DNA of 64,000 bases from Acidobacteriaceae bacterium (lineage in GTDB: Bacteria; Acidobacteriota; Terriglobia; Terriglobales; Acidobacteriaceae), in assembly GCA_003151335.1 (NCBI GenBank), contig PLXE01000112.1, positions 2,981-66,980 on the forward strand, written 5' to 3'. The position numbers and the translations under genes are program-made. This document shows, piece after piece, positions 16,987 through 26,678 of this stretch; the stretch's first letter is position 1; each line of letters starts with the position of its first letter. The notes under the pieces were generated by a model. The model saw only the letters and a program-made list of their open reading frames with translations. It did not search any database and was not told where the DNA came from.

Positions 16987-17985
16987 CTTTTCGCTTTTCC
17001 GCGCCAAACGCGCGAGCGCTGCCACCTGCTTCAAGTATTCGCTGAGTGGACGTGCCGGTCTGCCCCAGAAGACCACGCCCCGCCCGCGGACTATCTTATT
17101 CGATAGCACGCCGCTGCCCGACCCGAGAATGACGCCCGGCTCGACCGTTGCGTGGTCGCCGATGCCAACCTGGCCGCCCACGACCGCACCGTCTCCGATC
17201 TCGACACTTCCCGAAATGCCGGTCTGTGCTGCGATCACGACATTGGCTCCGACGGTGACGTTATGGCCAATATGGACCAGGTTGTCGAGCTTCGTTCCTG
17301 CGCCGATCACGGTTTTGTCCAGCGCGCCGCGGTCAATGGTGCAATTGGCGCCGATCTCGACAAAGTCGCCGATGACAAGCTCGCCGATCTGGGGAAACTT
17401 GTGATAACGGCCGTATTGTTCATCGCGCACGAATCCGAAGCCGTCCGCGCCCAGCACAGCGCCTGCATGCACCACCACACGGCGGCCCAGCGTCGTACCC
17501 GGATTGATGACGACGCGTGCATACAGGTCACAATCGTCGCCGATCACGACGCCCTCGCCGATGAAGCAGCCAGCTCCGATGTGCGAGTGCTCTCCCACTA
17601 CGGCGTTCGCTTCGATCACCGCGCAGGCGCCAATGGCCGCACTGGAGGCGACCTTCGCCGAAGCATGGACGACCGCCGTGGGATGAACGCCCGCGGGGTA
17701 GGTCCTCGGCGGATGGAGCAGCGCTCCGGCCAGCGCGAAAGCCAGCCGGGGATGGGCTGCGATCAACAAAGGCTTCTGTCCGGCAGGCGGGGCCGCGAAC
17801 TCACCCGCGATGACGGCGCTCGCCGCAGAAGCCAGCGCCTGCGCCAGGTGTTTCTCGTCCTGGACAAACACCAGGGCTCCGGGCCGCGCTTGTGCGATGC
17901 TGGCGACGTTCGTGATCTCGAGGTTGCCGTCGCCGATCAAGCGGGAGGCGGTGAATTCCGCCAGCGATTGCAGAGTTTGGTGCAT
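16978..17985 (-). CDS. lpxD: UDP-3-O-acylglucosamine N-acyltransferase
   Basis: 335 aa. It has an LpxD-type N-terminal domain (IGDGNLEITNVASIAQARPGALVF) followed by left-handed-helix hexapeptide repeats. Confidence 0.9.
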   Translation of the reverse strand: MHQTLQSLAEFTASRLIGDGNLEITNVASIAQARPGALVFVQDEKHLAQALASAASAVIAGEFAAPPAGQKPLLIAAHPRLAFALAGALLHPPRTYPAGVHPTAVVHASAKVASSAAIGACAVIEANAVVGEHSHIGAGCFIGEGVVIGDDCDLYARVVINPGTTLGRRVVVHAGAVLGADGFGFVRDEQYGRYHKFPQIGELVIGDFVEIGANCTIDRGALDKTVIGAGTKLDNLVHIGHNVTVGANVVIAAQTGISGSVEIGDGAVVGGQVGIGDHATVEPGVILGSGSGVLSNKIVRGRGVVFWGRPARPLSEYLKQVAALARLARKSEKSS

Positions 17986-18201
17986 GAAGTTGTTATAGCA
18001 GTGGAGAGTGAATAGTGGATAGAAGAATCGAGTATCCTAGCCCGTACAAGACCAGGACTAACCGCGATGCGACCTCACAGGCACGTCAACGCATCCCACT
18101 GGGTCCCTTCGGCGGGTTGGGGAACTTGACATTCGGCGGCAGACCCAGCACTATACTGTCGCAGATTTGGTGCAATCCTTGTACCCAGGAATGGTAAGAA
18201 T

Positions 18202-19065
18202 ATGGCGTCTTCCGTTTGGTCCGGATATCTAACTTTTGGGCTTATCTCAATGCCGGTGAAGTTGTTTTCCGGCGCGCGCAGCAATCACATCTCCTTCAAC
18301 ATGCTGCACCGCGATGACAACACGCGCCTCAAACAGCAGCTCTGGTGCCCGCTTGACGAGCGCGTTGTGGAACGCAATGAGATCGTCAAGGGCTACGAGT
18401 ACCGCAAAGGCGAGTACGTCATTATCGAGCCGGACGAAATCAAGAAGATCGAGCCCAAGACCGCGAAGGCGATGGAGATCCTGGAATTCGTCGAGTACAA
18501 GGAAGTGGATCCCATCTACTTCGAATCTTCGTATTATCTGGTGCCGGATGAAGCTGGCCGCAGGCCGTACGCGTTGCTGACCAAGGCGATGGAAGAGACC
18601 GGCTACGTGGCCATAGCCAAGCTCACCATGCACAACCGCGAATACACGGTGTTTTTGCGGCCTCATGGCGGCGGGCTCATGCTGCACACCATGTACTACA
18701 GTGACGAAGTGCGGCAGTTAGAAAGCTTCGGCCCCGTCGACGTCGAACTGAAAGACGCCGAGGTCAAGGTCGCCCATCAATTGATCGAAGCGCTCGCCGG
18801 CAAATTTGAGCCGGAGAAGTATCACGACACCTTCGAGGAAAACCTGAAGCAGCTCATCAAGGCGCACCTGGAAGGGCGTGAGGTGACCGCCGTGGAGAAA
18901 CCCCGCAAGCTTGCTCCCGTGGTTGACCTCATGGCTGCGCTCAAGGAAAGTCTGGCACAAATGCCGAAGAAGCCTCCGCAACGCGTGGCCGCAGCGGAAA
19001 GAGCGTCGGAGGTGAAAGCGGTGAAAAAGTCGGCCAAGGCTCCACGCCGAAAGTCCGCCGCATAA
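18202..19065 (+). CDS. ku: Ku protein (non-homologous end joining)
   Basis: 287 aa. The translation MASSVWSGYLTFGLISMPVKLFSGARS...YYLVPDE... is the bacterial Ku signature, with a basic C-terminal tail. Confidence 0.93.
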   Translation: MASSVWSGYLTFGLISMPVKLFSGARSNHISFNMLHRDDNTRLKQQLWCPLDERVVERNEIVKGYEYRKGEYVIIEPDEIKKIEPKTAKAMEILEFVEYKEVDPIYFESSYYLVPDEAGRRPYALLTKAMEETGYVAIAKLTMHNREYTVFLRPHGGGLMLHTMYYSDEVRQLESFGPVDVELKDAEVKVAHQLIEALAGKFEPEKYHDTFEENLKQLIKAHLEGREVTAVEKPRKLAPVVDLMAALKESLAQMPKKPPQRVAAAERASEVKAVKKSAKAPRRKSAA

Positions 19066-19158
19066 TGCCGCCACCCGCATTATGATTTGCGGCGGGTGCA
19101 ACTGACCCTTTCTGCTAACTAGCACGATTGGGCCATTCGGTATGCACCAAAGTTTGCC

Positions 19159-19845
19159 ATGCGGTATTCTACGGGCACCTTGAGTACCCGAATGAAACCG
19201 CCGCCTGAAAGCGCCATCCGCATTGCCGTGGTGGAAAGCGACCCGCTTCGCTTCCTTGGGTTTCGGGCGATCTTCTCCTCCGAAGAAGGCTTTCGCATAC
19301 GCGCTGCTTCCGTCCTGTCGATCATGAGTTCTGCTGACGATGACATCATTCTGATGACCTCCAGTGGCGGGGCCGCATTCTACTCGGCCATGTCCGCCTT
19401 AAAGGCCGTGCGCCCCACCATTCGCATTATCGTCACCGGGGCAGGTACGAGCGATGAAGAGATTCTGCGGGCCATTTCGGCTGGCGCGAAGGGTTATATC
19501 GCAGAGGATGCAACCCCCGGCGAATTCAAGCACGCGATCCGCGAGGTACACAACGGTTCGGTGTGGGCGCCCAGGCGGGTGCTGTGCGCGTTCATCGAAC
19601 GCGCCACCGCATCTCCGCACAAGGTGCGGCCTCGAGGGGAAGACAAGATCAGCGAACGCGAGCGGGAAGTGTTGAGGTTGCTGGTCGCGGGCCGCTCCAA
19701 CAAGGAGATGGGGGACGCGCTGGGTATCGAAGAGCGCACGGTCAAGGCGCATGTCAGTCAGCTCATGCGCAAGGTCGGAGTGCAGAACCGCATCGCTTTG
19801 TCGGTCTATGCCATCACTCATTCGCTGCTTTCGGAGCGTCCGTAA
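19159..19845 (+). CDS. LuxR/FixJ-family response regulator with a degenerate receiver domain
   Basis: The C-terminal HTH is ISEREREVLRLLVAGRSNKEMGDALGIEERTVKAHVSQLMRKVG. In the receiver-like N-terminus, VVESDP replaces the DD pocket and DIILMTSS sits where the phospho-Asp is expected. The start could instead be ATG 19192. Confidence 0.8.
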   Translation: MRYSTGTLSTRMKPPPESAIRIAVVESDPLRFLGFRAIFSSEEGFRIRAASVLSIMSSADDDIILMTSSGGAAFYSAMSALKAVRPTIRIIVTGAGTSDEEILRAISAGAKGYIAEDATPGEFKHAIREVHNGSVWAPRRVLCAFIERATASPHKVRPRGEDKISEREREVLRLLVAGRSNKEMGDALGIEERTVKAHVSQLMRKVGVQNRIALSVYAITHSLLSERP

Positions 19846-20033
19846 TCCAGTTGGCTAACCGCCGGGCCTTCACACAATCCAAGTTTCACGGGCGGGGTAC
19901 CTGCACTTTCCCACTGGTTACCTGCCGGTCTCATGTTACTAAAGTCCAATTACCCCGTATGACCTTCCGTTACTTGCGCGAATGTGACTATGACAGCATA
20001 CTGCACTCACCTACCACAGAACCTGGGAGATAG

Positions 20034-20079
20034 GGTTGGAAGAGGTTACGAGGGTCTCCTCTTCCAGCCCTTGTTTTTT
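20034..20079 (+). terminator. candidate intrinsic terminator
   Basis: The stem pairs ggttggaagagg (20034-20045) with cctcttccagcc (20058-20069). It is followed by ttgtttttt. Confidence 0.45.
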
Positions 20080-20269
20080 GGGATCAAGCCCATCTGAACT
20101 AGCGAGAATCATCCGGGCGGTCGCGTTTCGGTTCTCCCTATCGCCATCGGGTCACTAGAGAGTAACCAGTCCCCAGCTTTCTTCAGGCGCGAAATTCCAT
20201 CGAACACTCGTAAGATGAGTGCAGCCGGCACAGGCTGGCAGAGCCAACGTTCTTGATCGGAGTTGAGCC

Positions 20270-21172
20270 ATGAAGAAGATAGTCGCGGCAGCACTGTTGA
20301 TTGTTTTCACGACCACCTGGGCTTGGAGCCAGAACCGAAACGCGCAAGTGGATCGCGTTCAGACGGCGAGCACCGTTCTCAGCCAGATTATGTCTGCTCC
20401 CGATCGGGCCATTCCCGATGGAATCCTGTCGGGAGCCAAGTGCATTGCGATCGTGCCCTCCATGCTGAAGGCAAGTTTCGTGTTCGGCGCCAACTATGGC
20501 AAGGGCGTAGCCACCTGCCGTACCGAGCATGGCTGGAGCGCGCCCGTGTTTTTCAAGGTGACCGGCGGCAGTTTCGGATTTCAGGCAGGCGGTCAGGCTT
20601 CGGACCTGGTGTTGATCATCCGCACCGATGACGGCATGCAGCACCTGCTACAAAGCAAGTTCAAGCTGGGGGCCGACGCCTCCGCAGCAGCCGGGCCGGT
20701 GGGCCGCGACGCGCAGGCTTCCACCGACCTTACGTTGCGCGCCCAGGTGCTGACCTATTCGCGTTCGCGCGGATTGTTCCTCGGTGTCTCCTTGAGCGGC
20801 GGTGTGATTCGCCAGGACGACGGCGACACTCGCGCCTTCTATGGCGGCAAGGGCTGGACATTCTATTCGCTGCTCAAAGGAGAGGTCCCGGCCCCGCAGG
20901 ATTCGCTGGTGCTGCTGAACACGGTTGAGAAGTACGCTCCGACGCCCAGGATCCGCGCGCAGGCTGCAGCCACACCTGTCGTGACATCGCCTGCGGCCAC
21001 GCCAGCCGAGACGCCTGCGACAAGCTCACCGGCGGACCCTGTTCAAGCGCCCGCAGCGGTGGATCCGACAAGCGAGGAACCTGCTGCAGCGCCGACCGCC
21101 GCAACCCCAAGTTCAGCCACGGCACCGCCGGTTGCGGCTACACCGGCTAGCAGCGGAACTGTCAATCCTTAG
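20270..21172 (+). CDS. SYLF (Ysc84/DUF500) lipid-binding domain protein with a Pro/Ala/Thr-rich tail
   Basis: It has a signal peptide. The core GAKCIAIVPSMLKASFVFGANYGKGVATCR...GGSFGFQAGGQASDLVL...KLGADASAAAGPVGR matches the SYLF pattern. Confidence 0.75.
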   Translation: MKKIVAAALLIVFTTTWAWSQNRNAQVDRVQTASTVLSQIMSAPDRAIPDGILSGAKCIAIVPSMLKASFVFGANYGKGVATCRTEHGWSAPVFFKVTGGSFGFQAGGQASDLVLIIRTDDGMQHLLQSKFKLGADASAAAGPVGRDAQASTDLTLRAQVLTYSRSRGLFLGVSLSGGVIRQDDGDTRAFYGGKGWTFYSLLKGEVPAPQDSLVLLNTVEKYAPTPRIRAQAAATPVVTSPAATPAETPATSSPADPVQAPAAVDPTSEEPAAAPTAATPSSATAPPVAATPASSGTVNP

Positions 21173-21292
21173 GTGCAGTGACGGAGGAGAGCGGTGGCTG
21201 CGGCCACCGCTTTTCTCCTGCGCAAGAAGCCGTACCCGGCAATCGGTTTGACCTTGGTTTTTCGCGGTGCTACCGTCGAACCGATACTCCTC

Positions 21293-22192
21293 ATGCGCCA
21301 CAGGTTGCAGTATGTTCCGGTCGCGTTGGTGGTGCGCCTGATCGGCGCCTTGCCGCGCCCGCTGGCCCGCGGATGGGGCATCTTGCTGGGCGGGGCGGTG
21401 TACCATCTGCACCGCCGATTGCGCCGGGTCGGAATGCGCAACCTCGAGTTGGCGTTCCCGGAGAAACCGCCGAAAGAACGCCGCCGGATTCTGCGCGGCG
21501 TTTACGTCTCGTTGGGACGCTTGCTCGGCGAAGCCTGCCTCTTCCCCAGCTACACCAGGGAAAACGCTTCCCGGGTTGCCGTGTACCAGGGCTTCGAAAA
21601 TTTCGAAGCGGCCGAGAAGCGCGGCAAGGGTGTGCTCTTCCTCACCGGCCATTTTGGGGGATGGGAGATTGGTTCCTTCTTCCACTCGCTGCAAGGTCAC
21701 CCCATGAAGATGGTGGTGCGGCCGCTCGACAATCCTTACGTGGACGCCCTGGTTGCGCGCTATCGCGGCCTCCACGGCAATCAGATGCTCGGCAAAGATG
21801 AATTTGCCCGCGGCTTGCTGGCGGCCATGCGCAACAACGAAACCGTAGGCGTCCTGATGGACACCAACATGACCCCGCCGCAGGGCGTATTTGTGAACTT
21901 CTTCGGTATTCCCGCCTGCACCGCCAGCGGCGTGGCGCGGGTGGCGCTGCATACCGGCGCGGCAGTGGTTCCGGCGTTCACCATTTGGGACCCGGTGCTG
22001 CGCAAATACCGCGTGGAGTTCGACCGCGCCGTGGATTTGATACGGACAGGAGATCCTGATGCCGATGCCCTTGCCAATACCGCGCTCTTCAACAAAATAA
22101 TTGAAGACCACGTGCGCCGCTATCCGAACCAGTGGCTCTGGGTGCATCGGCGATGGAAGACCAGGCCGCCAGGTGAGCCGCCGCTCTACTAG
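21293..22192 (+). CDS. lipid A biosynthesis (LpxL/HtrB-like) lysophospholipid acyltransferase family protein
   Basis: The translation ...RRVGMRNLELAFPEKPPKERRRILRGVY...GKGVLFLTGHFGGWE... is the Lip_A_acyltrans pattern. The ORF could start at 21194. Confidence 0.75.
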   Translation: MRHRLQYVPVALVVRLIGALPRPLARGWGILLGGAVYHLHRRLRRVGMRNLELAFPEKPPKERRRILRGVYVSLGRLLGEACLFPSYTRENASRVAVYQGFENFEAAEKRGKGVLFLTGHFGGWEIGSFFHSLQGHPMKMVVRPLDNPYVDALVARYRGLHGNQMLGKDEFARGLLAAMRNNETVGVLMDTNMTPPQGVFVNFFGIPACTASGVARVALHTGAAVVPAFTIWDPVLRKYRVEFDRAVDLIRTGDPDADALANTALFNKIIEDHVRRYPNQWLWVHRRWKTRPPGEPPLY

Positions 22193-22297
22193 TCTGGGAT
22201 CGATCACTCCTCATCCTTCAAGGCTCATTCGCTTGAGAAACACTGACCCGGTCTCCTGCGATGGACCTCCGGCTCATGCGATACTGGCCGAGGACAA

Positions 22298-23038
22298 GTG
22301 ACAAGTCTCTTCCATGCAAGGGGTTTGCCTGCCGCTGTCGTGGCCATCGGGTTTGCGGTTATTGCCCGAACCCTAGGCGCCGTGACCGACGGCGGAGCGC
22401 TGATGGGCGTGCTGGTGGCGTTCGTCCTGATGCTGGCCGCCGGACTAGCGGGCGTTGTTCCTCTGCTGATGGTATTCGTGATCACGGTGCTGGCCACCCG
22501 CTTGGGCTATGCGCGCAAACAGCAGCTGGGGGTGGCCGAGCGCGGACCCGGACGCAGCGCGTCGCAGGTGCTCGCCAATCTTGGCGCAACCACTTTGTGC
22601 GCGCTGCCGGTAATCTGGTTTCCGCGGTTGACCGGCATACTGTTGATCGGAGCCATGGCGGCCCTCGCCGAAGCCGCTGCCGATACCGCTTCCAGCGAAA
22701 TTGGACAGGCAACCGCCCGCGCGGCATACATGATCACCGACTTCCGCGAAGCTCCCATCGGCACGAATGGCGCAATCAGTGCCGTAGGGACTTTGGCCGG
22801 GTGCATCGCGGCTTGCCTCGTGGCCTGGGTGAGCGCATTCTTCCAGGTCGTAAGCTGGAATTGGACGCCGCTGATCGCCCTGGCGGGAATTGCCGGCATG
22901 TTTTTCGACAGCGTCCTGGGGGCCACGTGGGAAAACTCCGGCAAAATGGGCAACGATTCCGTCAACTTTGTGAGCACGGTGTTCGCCGCTGAGCTGGCGC
23001 TGACTGTGGCGATGGTGACGCAGAGGGTGGGGAAGTAA
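22298..23038 (+). CDS. DUF92 (TMEM19-like) integral membrane protein
   Basis: Polytopic. The AAADTASSEIGQA motif is characteristic of DUF92. Confidence 0.7.
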   Translation: MTSLFHARGLPAAVVAIGFAVIARTLGAVTDGGALMGVLVAFVLMLAAGLAGVVPLLMVFVITVLATRLGYARKQQLGVAERGPGRSASQVLANLGATTLCALPVIWFPRLTGILLIGAMAALAEAAADTASSEIGQATARAAYMITDFREAPIGTNGAISAVGTLAGCIAACLVAWVSAFFQVVSWNWTPLIALAGIAGMFFDSVLGATWENSGKMGNDSVNFVSTVFAAELALTVAMVTQRVGK

Positions 23039-23069
23039 GCCTGGGATACTAAGTATTTGCCATAATTGC

Positions 23070-25073
23070 GTGCCGCAAATTTGCTATTCGGAGCTCACCT
23101 TGTTACGACACAGATTCTTGCTGCTTCTCGTTGTTCTGGGATTTGCGATTCCTACGTTGGCACAGGAGTTCGACTACCTCATCCGCAACGGGCGCGTTGT
23201 GGACGGCAGCGGCAATCCCTGGGTTTACGCCGACGTCGGCATCATTGGCGATCGCATTGTTTTTGTCGACCACGCCGACGCTTCGCTGGTGGCCAAGCGC
23301 ACCATCGATGCCAGGGGCTTGATCGTCGCTCCCGGCTTCATTGACATGCTGGGCCAGTCGGAGAGCAACCTGCTCATCGACAAGCAGGCGGTCAGCAAGC
23401 TGACGCAGGGCATCACTACCGAGATCACCGGGGAAGGCGACTCCATCGCGCCTACCAACGAACTGCTCAACCAGGAGCACGCCGACTATTTCCAGCACTT
23501 CCATATCACGCCCGATTGGAAATCGCTGGAGGAATATTTTCAACGCCTGACCAGGCAGGGAAGCGGCATCAACCTCGCGACGTACGTGGGCGCGGCGCAG
23601 GTGCGCCACATGGTGATTGGCGCCGCCGACCGTGATCCCACAACTGACGAACTGAAGCAGATGGAGATCATGGTGGACGACGCCATGAGCGACGGGGCCA
23701 TGGGGCTGTCCAGCGCGCTCATCTATGCCCCGGGGTCGTATGCGAAAACCGATGAGCTGATTGCGCTGGCGAAAGTGGCGGCGAAGAAGGGCGGCATCTA
23801 TGCCTCGCACATTCGCGGCGAGGGCGACTCCGAGATGGACGCACTCGACGAGGCGTTTCGCATCGGACGCGGAGCCAACATTCCGGTCGAGATTTTTCAC
23901 CTGAAGGCCGCGGGCATGCAGAACTGGGGAAAGATGCCGCAGGTGATCGCGGCCATTGAGCAAGCGCGTGCCAACGGAGTTGACGTGACCGCCGATCAGT
24001 ATCCGTACATTGGCGCTGCTACTTCGCTGGGCGCGGCCATCCCGCCGAAATATCACGAGGGTGGCGCCGACGAATTCGTGAAGCGGCTGAAGGGGCCCGC
24101 AATACGGCAGCAGATTCGCAAGGACCTCGACGGCACCGGAGGTTCGTTCGAGAACCTGTGGCGTGAAGTCGGGGGAGCCAATGGCGTATTAGTGGTCTCG
24201 GTGCTCGATCCTCAGCTTCGCAAGTATGAAGGCAAAACCGTCTCGCAGATCGCAAAGATGGAGAACAAAGACCCGCTCGATGCGCTAATGGACCTGGTGA
24301 TCGCCGATCGCGACAACGTGGGCGCGGTGTACTTCCTGATGAGCGAGCCCGACGTGAAGCTGGCCATGCAACAGCCCTGGGTCAGCGTTGGCATCGATTA
24401 CGGAGCGATCAATCCGGCTGGCCCGCTGGGAGAATCCAAGGCACATCCGCGAGCCTATGGCAGCTTCGCCCGCATTCTTGGCAAGTATGTGCGCGAGGAG
24501 CATAACCTGCGGTTGGAAGACGCGATTCGCAAGTTCACTTCGCTGCCGGCGCAGCGCGAGAAGCTCGACCATCGCGGCCTGCTGCGTCTCGACTACTTTG
24601 CCGACATCACGATCTTCGATCCCGACAAAGTGCGAGACCTGGCCACCTTCGACGATCCGAACAAGCCGTCAGTTGGCTTCGAATATGTCTTTGTGAATGG
24701 CACGCTCGCGCTGGAGCACGATAAAGTCACGGGACAGCTCGGCGGACGTCCATTGCGCGGGCCGGGATACATCATGCGCGATTACCTGCCCGAAGGTCTG
24801 CCGTTGCGTGGCAAAGTGCAGGGTGTAGTGACCGACGAGGGCGGCTGGCCGCTGCCCCGCGCCACCATCACGCTGACCGATGCCAGCGGCGCCGTAATTG
24901 GCACGGCTAATTCTAAGCGCGATGGCCGCTACGAGATCATTCTGGAGAAGCCCTGCAACAATTGTCTGCTAAAAGCGCAGCGTATGGGATTCGCAATTCA
25001 GCAACGATCCGGCGTTGACTACAACGGTTCAAATTCGCTGTGGTTCGGTTTTGCGTTGGCAAGAAGCAAGTAG
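23070..25073 (+). CDS. D-aminoacylase-type amidohydrolase with C-terminal CarboxypepD_reg-like domain
   Basis: It has a signal peptide. DYLIRNGRVVDGSGNPWVYADVGIIGDRIVFV...APGFIDMLGQSE matches N-acyl-D-amino-acid deacylase. The C-terminus is GKVQGVVTDEGGWPLPRATITLTDASG...DGRYEI. Confidence 0.8.
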   Translation: MPQICYSELTLLRHRFLLLLVVLGFAIPTLAQEFDYLIRNGRVVDGSGNPWVYADVGIIGDRIVFVDHADASLVAKRTIDARGLIVAPGFIDMLGQSESNLLIDKQAVSKLTQGITTEITGEGDSIAPTNELLNQEHADYFQHFHITPDWKSLEEYFQRLTRQGSGINLATYVGAAQVRHMVIGAADRDPTTDELKQMEIMVDDAMSDGAMGLSSALIYAPGSYAKTDELIALAKVAAKKGGIYASHIRGEGDSEMDALDEAFRIGRGANIPVEIFHLKAAGMQNWGKMPQVIAAIEQARANGVDVTADQYPYIGAATSLGAAIPPKYHEGGADEFVKRLKGPAIRQQIRKDLDGTGGSFENLWREVGGANGVLVVSVLDPQLRKYEGKTVSQIAKMENKDPLDALMDLVIADRDNVGAVYFLMSEPDVKLAMQQPWVSVGIDYGAINPAGPLGESKAHPRAYGSFARILGKYVREEHNLRLEDAIRKFTSLPAQREKLDHRGLLRLDYFADITIFDPDKVRDLATFDDPNKPSVGFEYVFVNGTLALEHDKVTGQLGGRPLRGPGYIMRDYLPEGLPLRGKVQGVVTDEGGWPLPRATITLTDASGAVIGTANSKRDGRYEIILEKPCNNCLLKAQRMGFAIQQRSGVDYNGSNSLWFGFALARSK

Positions 25074-25093
25074 CAATTAGCAATCAGCAAAAT
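25071..25093. repeat. heptamer-phased repeat tract
   Basis: Sequence is tagcaat tagcaat cagcaaa at. It lies directly at the stop of the preceding gene. Confidence 0.55.
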
Positions 25094-25100
25094 CGGCCTT

Positions 25101-25134
25101 GTCATCACGAGCGCAGCGAAGGATCTGCGGTTCG
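25101..25134. repeat. REP-like element, forward orientation
   Basis: Sequence is gtcatcacgagcgcagcgaaggatctgcggttcg. Confidence 0.6.
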
Positions 25135-25266
25135 TCACGCACAACTGCGATTTATCGCAAGCCCGCATCAAACGAGATCATTCCGGGTTCTCTCGTTGTT
25201 AAACGCAATTCACGAAGCGATCGCTCCCTTCGGAGCATCGGATATTTTGCGGGCATTTATTTTGCG

Positions 25267-26058
25267 ATGATCAAGTGGAAGACATTTGCGATAGGCTGTA
25301 GTTTGGCGCTGGCGCTGTTGTTGATCGCGCAGCACAAACCCTCCATGGCCGATCCCAATGTCTATCGCGCGGTTATCGATCTCACCCACAACTTGAACGA
25401 TGATTCGCCCAACTGGGAAGGCAGCGAGCAGTCGCAGTTCCAGACGAAGGAACTGGGCAACATCGAGCGCGACGGATACTACTCACGCATCTTTACCACC
25501 GAGGAGCATTACGGCACGCACCTCGACGCGCCGGCGCATTTTGCCAAGGGCACGTGGACGGTGGACCAGATTCCGGTGGAGCGACTGGTGCGTCCGCTGG
25601 TGGTGCTCGATGTCCGCAGCAAGGCCAGAAGCAATCCCGACTACCAAATCAGCGTGCAGGACCTAGCCGATTGGGAAAGCGCGCACGGAGAAATTCCCAC
25701 CGGCGCCGTGGTGATGGCCTACACCGGATGGGATGAGCGCTGGAACTCGCAAAAAGAGTTTCGCAACGTGGGAAGCGATCATCTGTCGCACTACCCCGGT
25801 TTCTCCCTGGAGGCGGTGAAGTTTCTGGTGAAGACGCGCAGCGTGGTGGGCCTTGGCATTGACACCATGAGCGTGGACATCGGCGCAAGCGCCACTTTTC
25901 CGGTGCACCTGTTCACATCGAAGCAGAGCGTTTACCACCTGGAAAACGTCGCCAACCTCGGACTGGTTCCTCCCTCCGGAGCGACGGTGGTAGTGGCGCC
26001 CATCAAGCTGGAAGGCGGTTCCGGTGGGCCGGCGCGGGTAATGGCGCTGGTGAAGTGA
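25267..26058 (+). CDS. cyclase family protein (kynurenine formamidase-like)
   Basis: ATG at 25267 gives a signal peptide, MIKWKTFAIGCSLALALLLIA. The HYGTHLDAPAHF motif is typical of the putative-cyclase family. Confidence 0.75.
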   Translation: MIKWKTFAIGCSLALALLLIAQHKPSMADPNVYRAVIDLTHNLNDDSPNWEGSEQSQFQTKELGNIERDGYYSRIFTTEEHYGTHLDAPAHFAKGTWTVDQIPVERLVRPLVVLDVRSKARSNPDYQISVQDLADWESAHGEIPTGAVVMAYTGWDERWNSQKEFRNVGSDHLSHYPGFSLEAVKFLVKTRSVVGLGIDTMSVDIGASATFPVHLFTSKQSVYHLENVANLGLVPPSGATVVVAPIKLEGGSGGPARVMALVK

Positions 26059-26067
26059 GGCTGCCGC

Positions 26068-26607
26068 CTACCTCACATGCGCCCGATACAGCATGTAGCT
26101 GGAGCTCTCGCGCAGCGCGGCCATCCAGCGGGCGAATGGAGTTTTCGGAATTGAGCCGGGACGCGGCGAGATGTACACCGTGACGCCCTCGCGCGCCATC
26201 ATCTGCTTCGCCCGGTAAAGGTGGTAGGCGTCGCTGACCAAAAGGCCGCTGTGCATGCCGTTGGCATGCATGATCACGGCAACCCGCTGGGTGGACTCGT
26301 CGGTGTTATCGCCCTGAGTTTCGGCAATCAGGTTTACATCCGGGATGCCGCGTCCTTCCAGGTAATCGCGGCCAACCTGGCCTTCACTGTAGTGAGGATC
26401 TTTGGCTGCGCCGCCAGTGGTGATGATGACCGGAGCCAATCCGCGCTGGAAAAGGTCGTAAGCGTGGTCCAGGCGCGCGCGATACACCGGCGAAGGATGG
26501 CCCACGTATTCCGCCGCGCCGAACACCACGATGGCATCCGCGAGACGGGCTTCGTCCACTCCGCCCTCGCGCATGATTTGCCAGCTGGTGTACAGCAGAA
26601 ACCCCAC
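26068..26607 (-). CDS. YdcF/DUF218 family protein
   Basis: DAIVVFGAAEY...VIITTGG...EGRGIP...IAETQGDNTDEST matches the DUF218 pattern. The frame stays open upstream of GTG 26607 and encodes a hydrophobic WVVALAAIVAVGFLLY segment. The true start is probably further upstream and non-ATG. Confidence 0.65.
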   Translation of the reverse strand: MGFLLYTSWQIMREGGVDEARLADAIVVFGAAEYVGHPSPVYRARLDHAYDLFQRGLAPVIITTGGAAKDPHYSEGQVGRDYLEGRGIPDVNLIAETQGDNTDESTQRVAVIMHANGMHSGLLVSDAYHLYRAKQMMAREGVTVYISPRPGSIPKTPFARWMAALRESSSYMLYRAHVR

Positions 26608-26678
26608 CGCAACGATGGCAGCGAGGGCTACGACCCAGCGGGAGAGATGAGAGTTGGAGTTCTGTACCGCCGTGGCGC

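Noticed and set aside
18126-18157. Perfect TTGACA upstream of ku as a sigma-70 promoter
   Set aside because: The best -10-like hexamer (TATACT) is 20 nt away, and the 17-nt alternative (CACTAT) is poor. This is not enough support to call a promoter.
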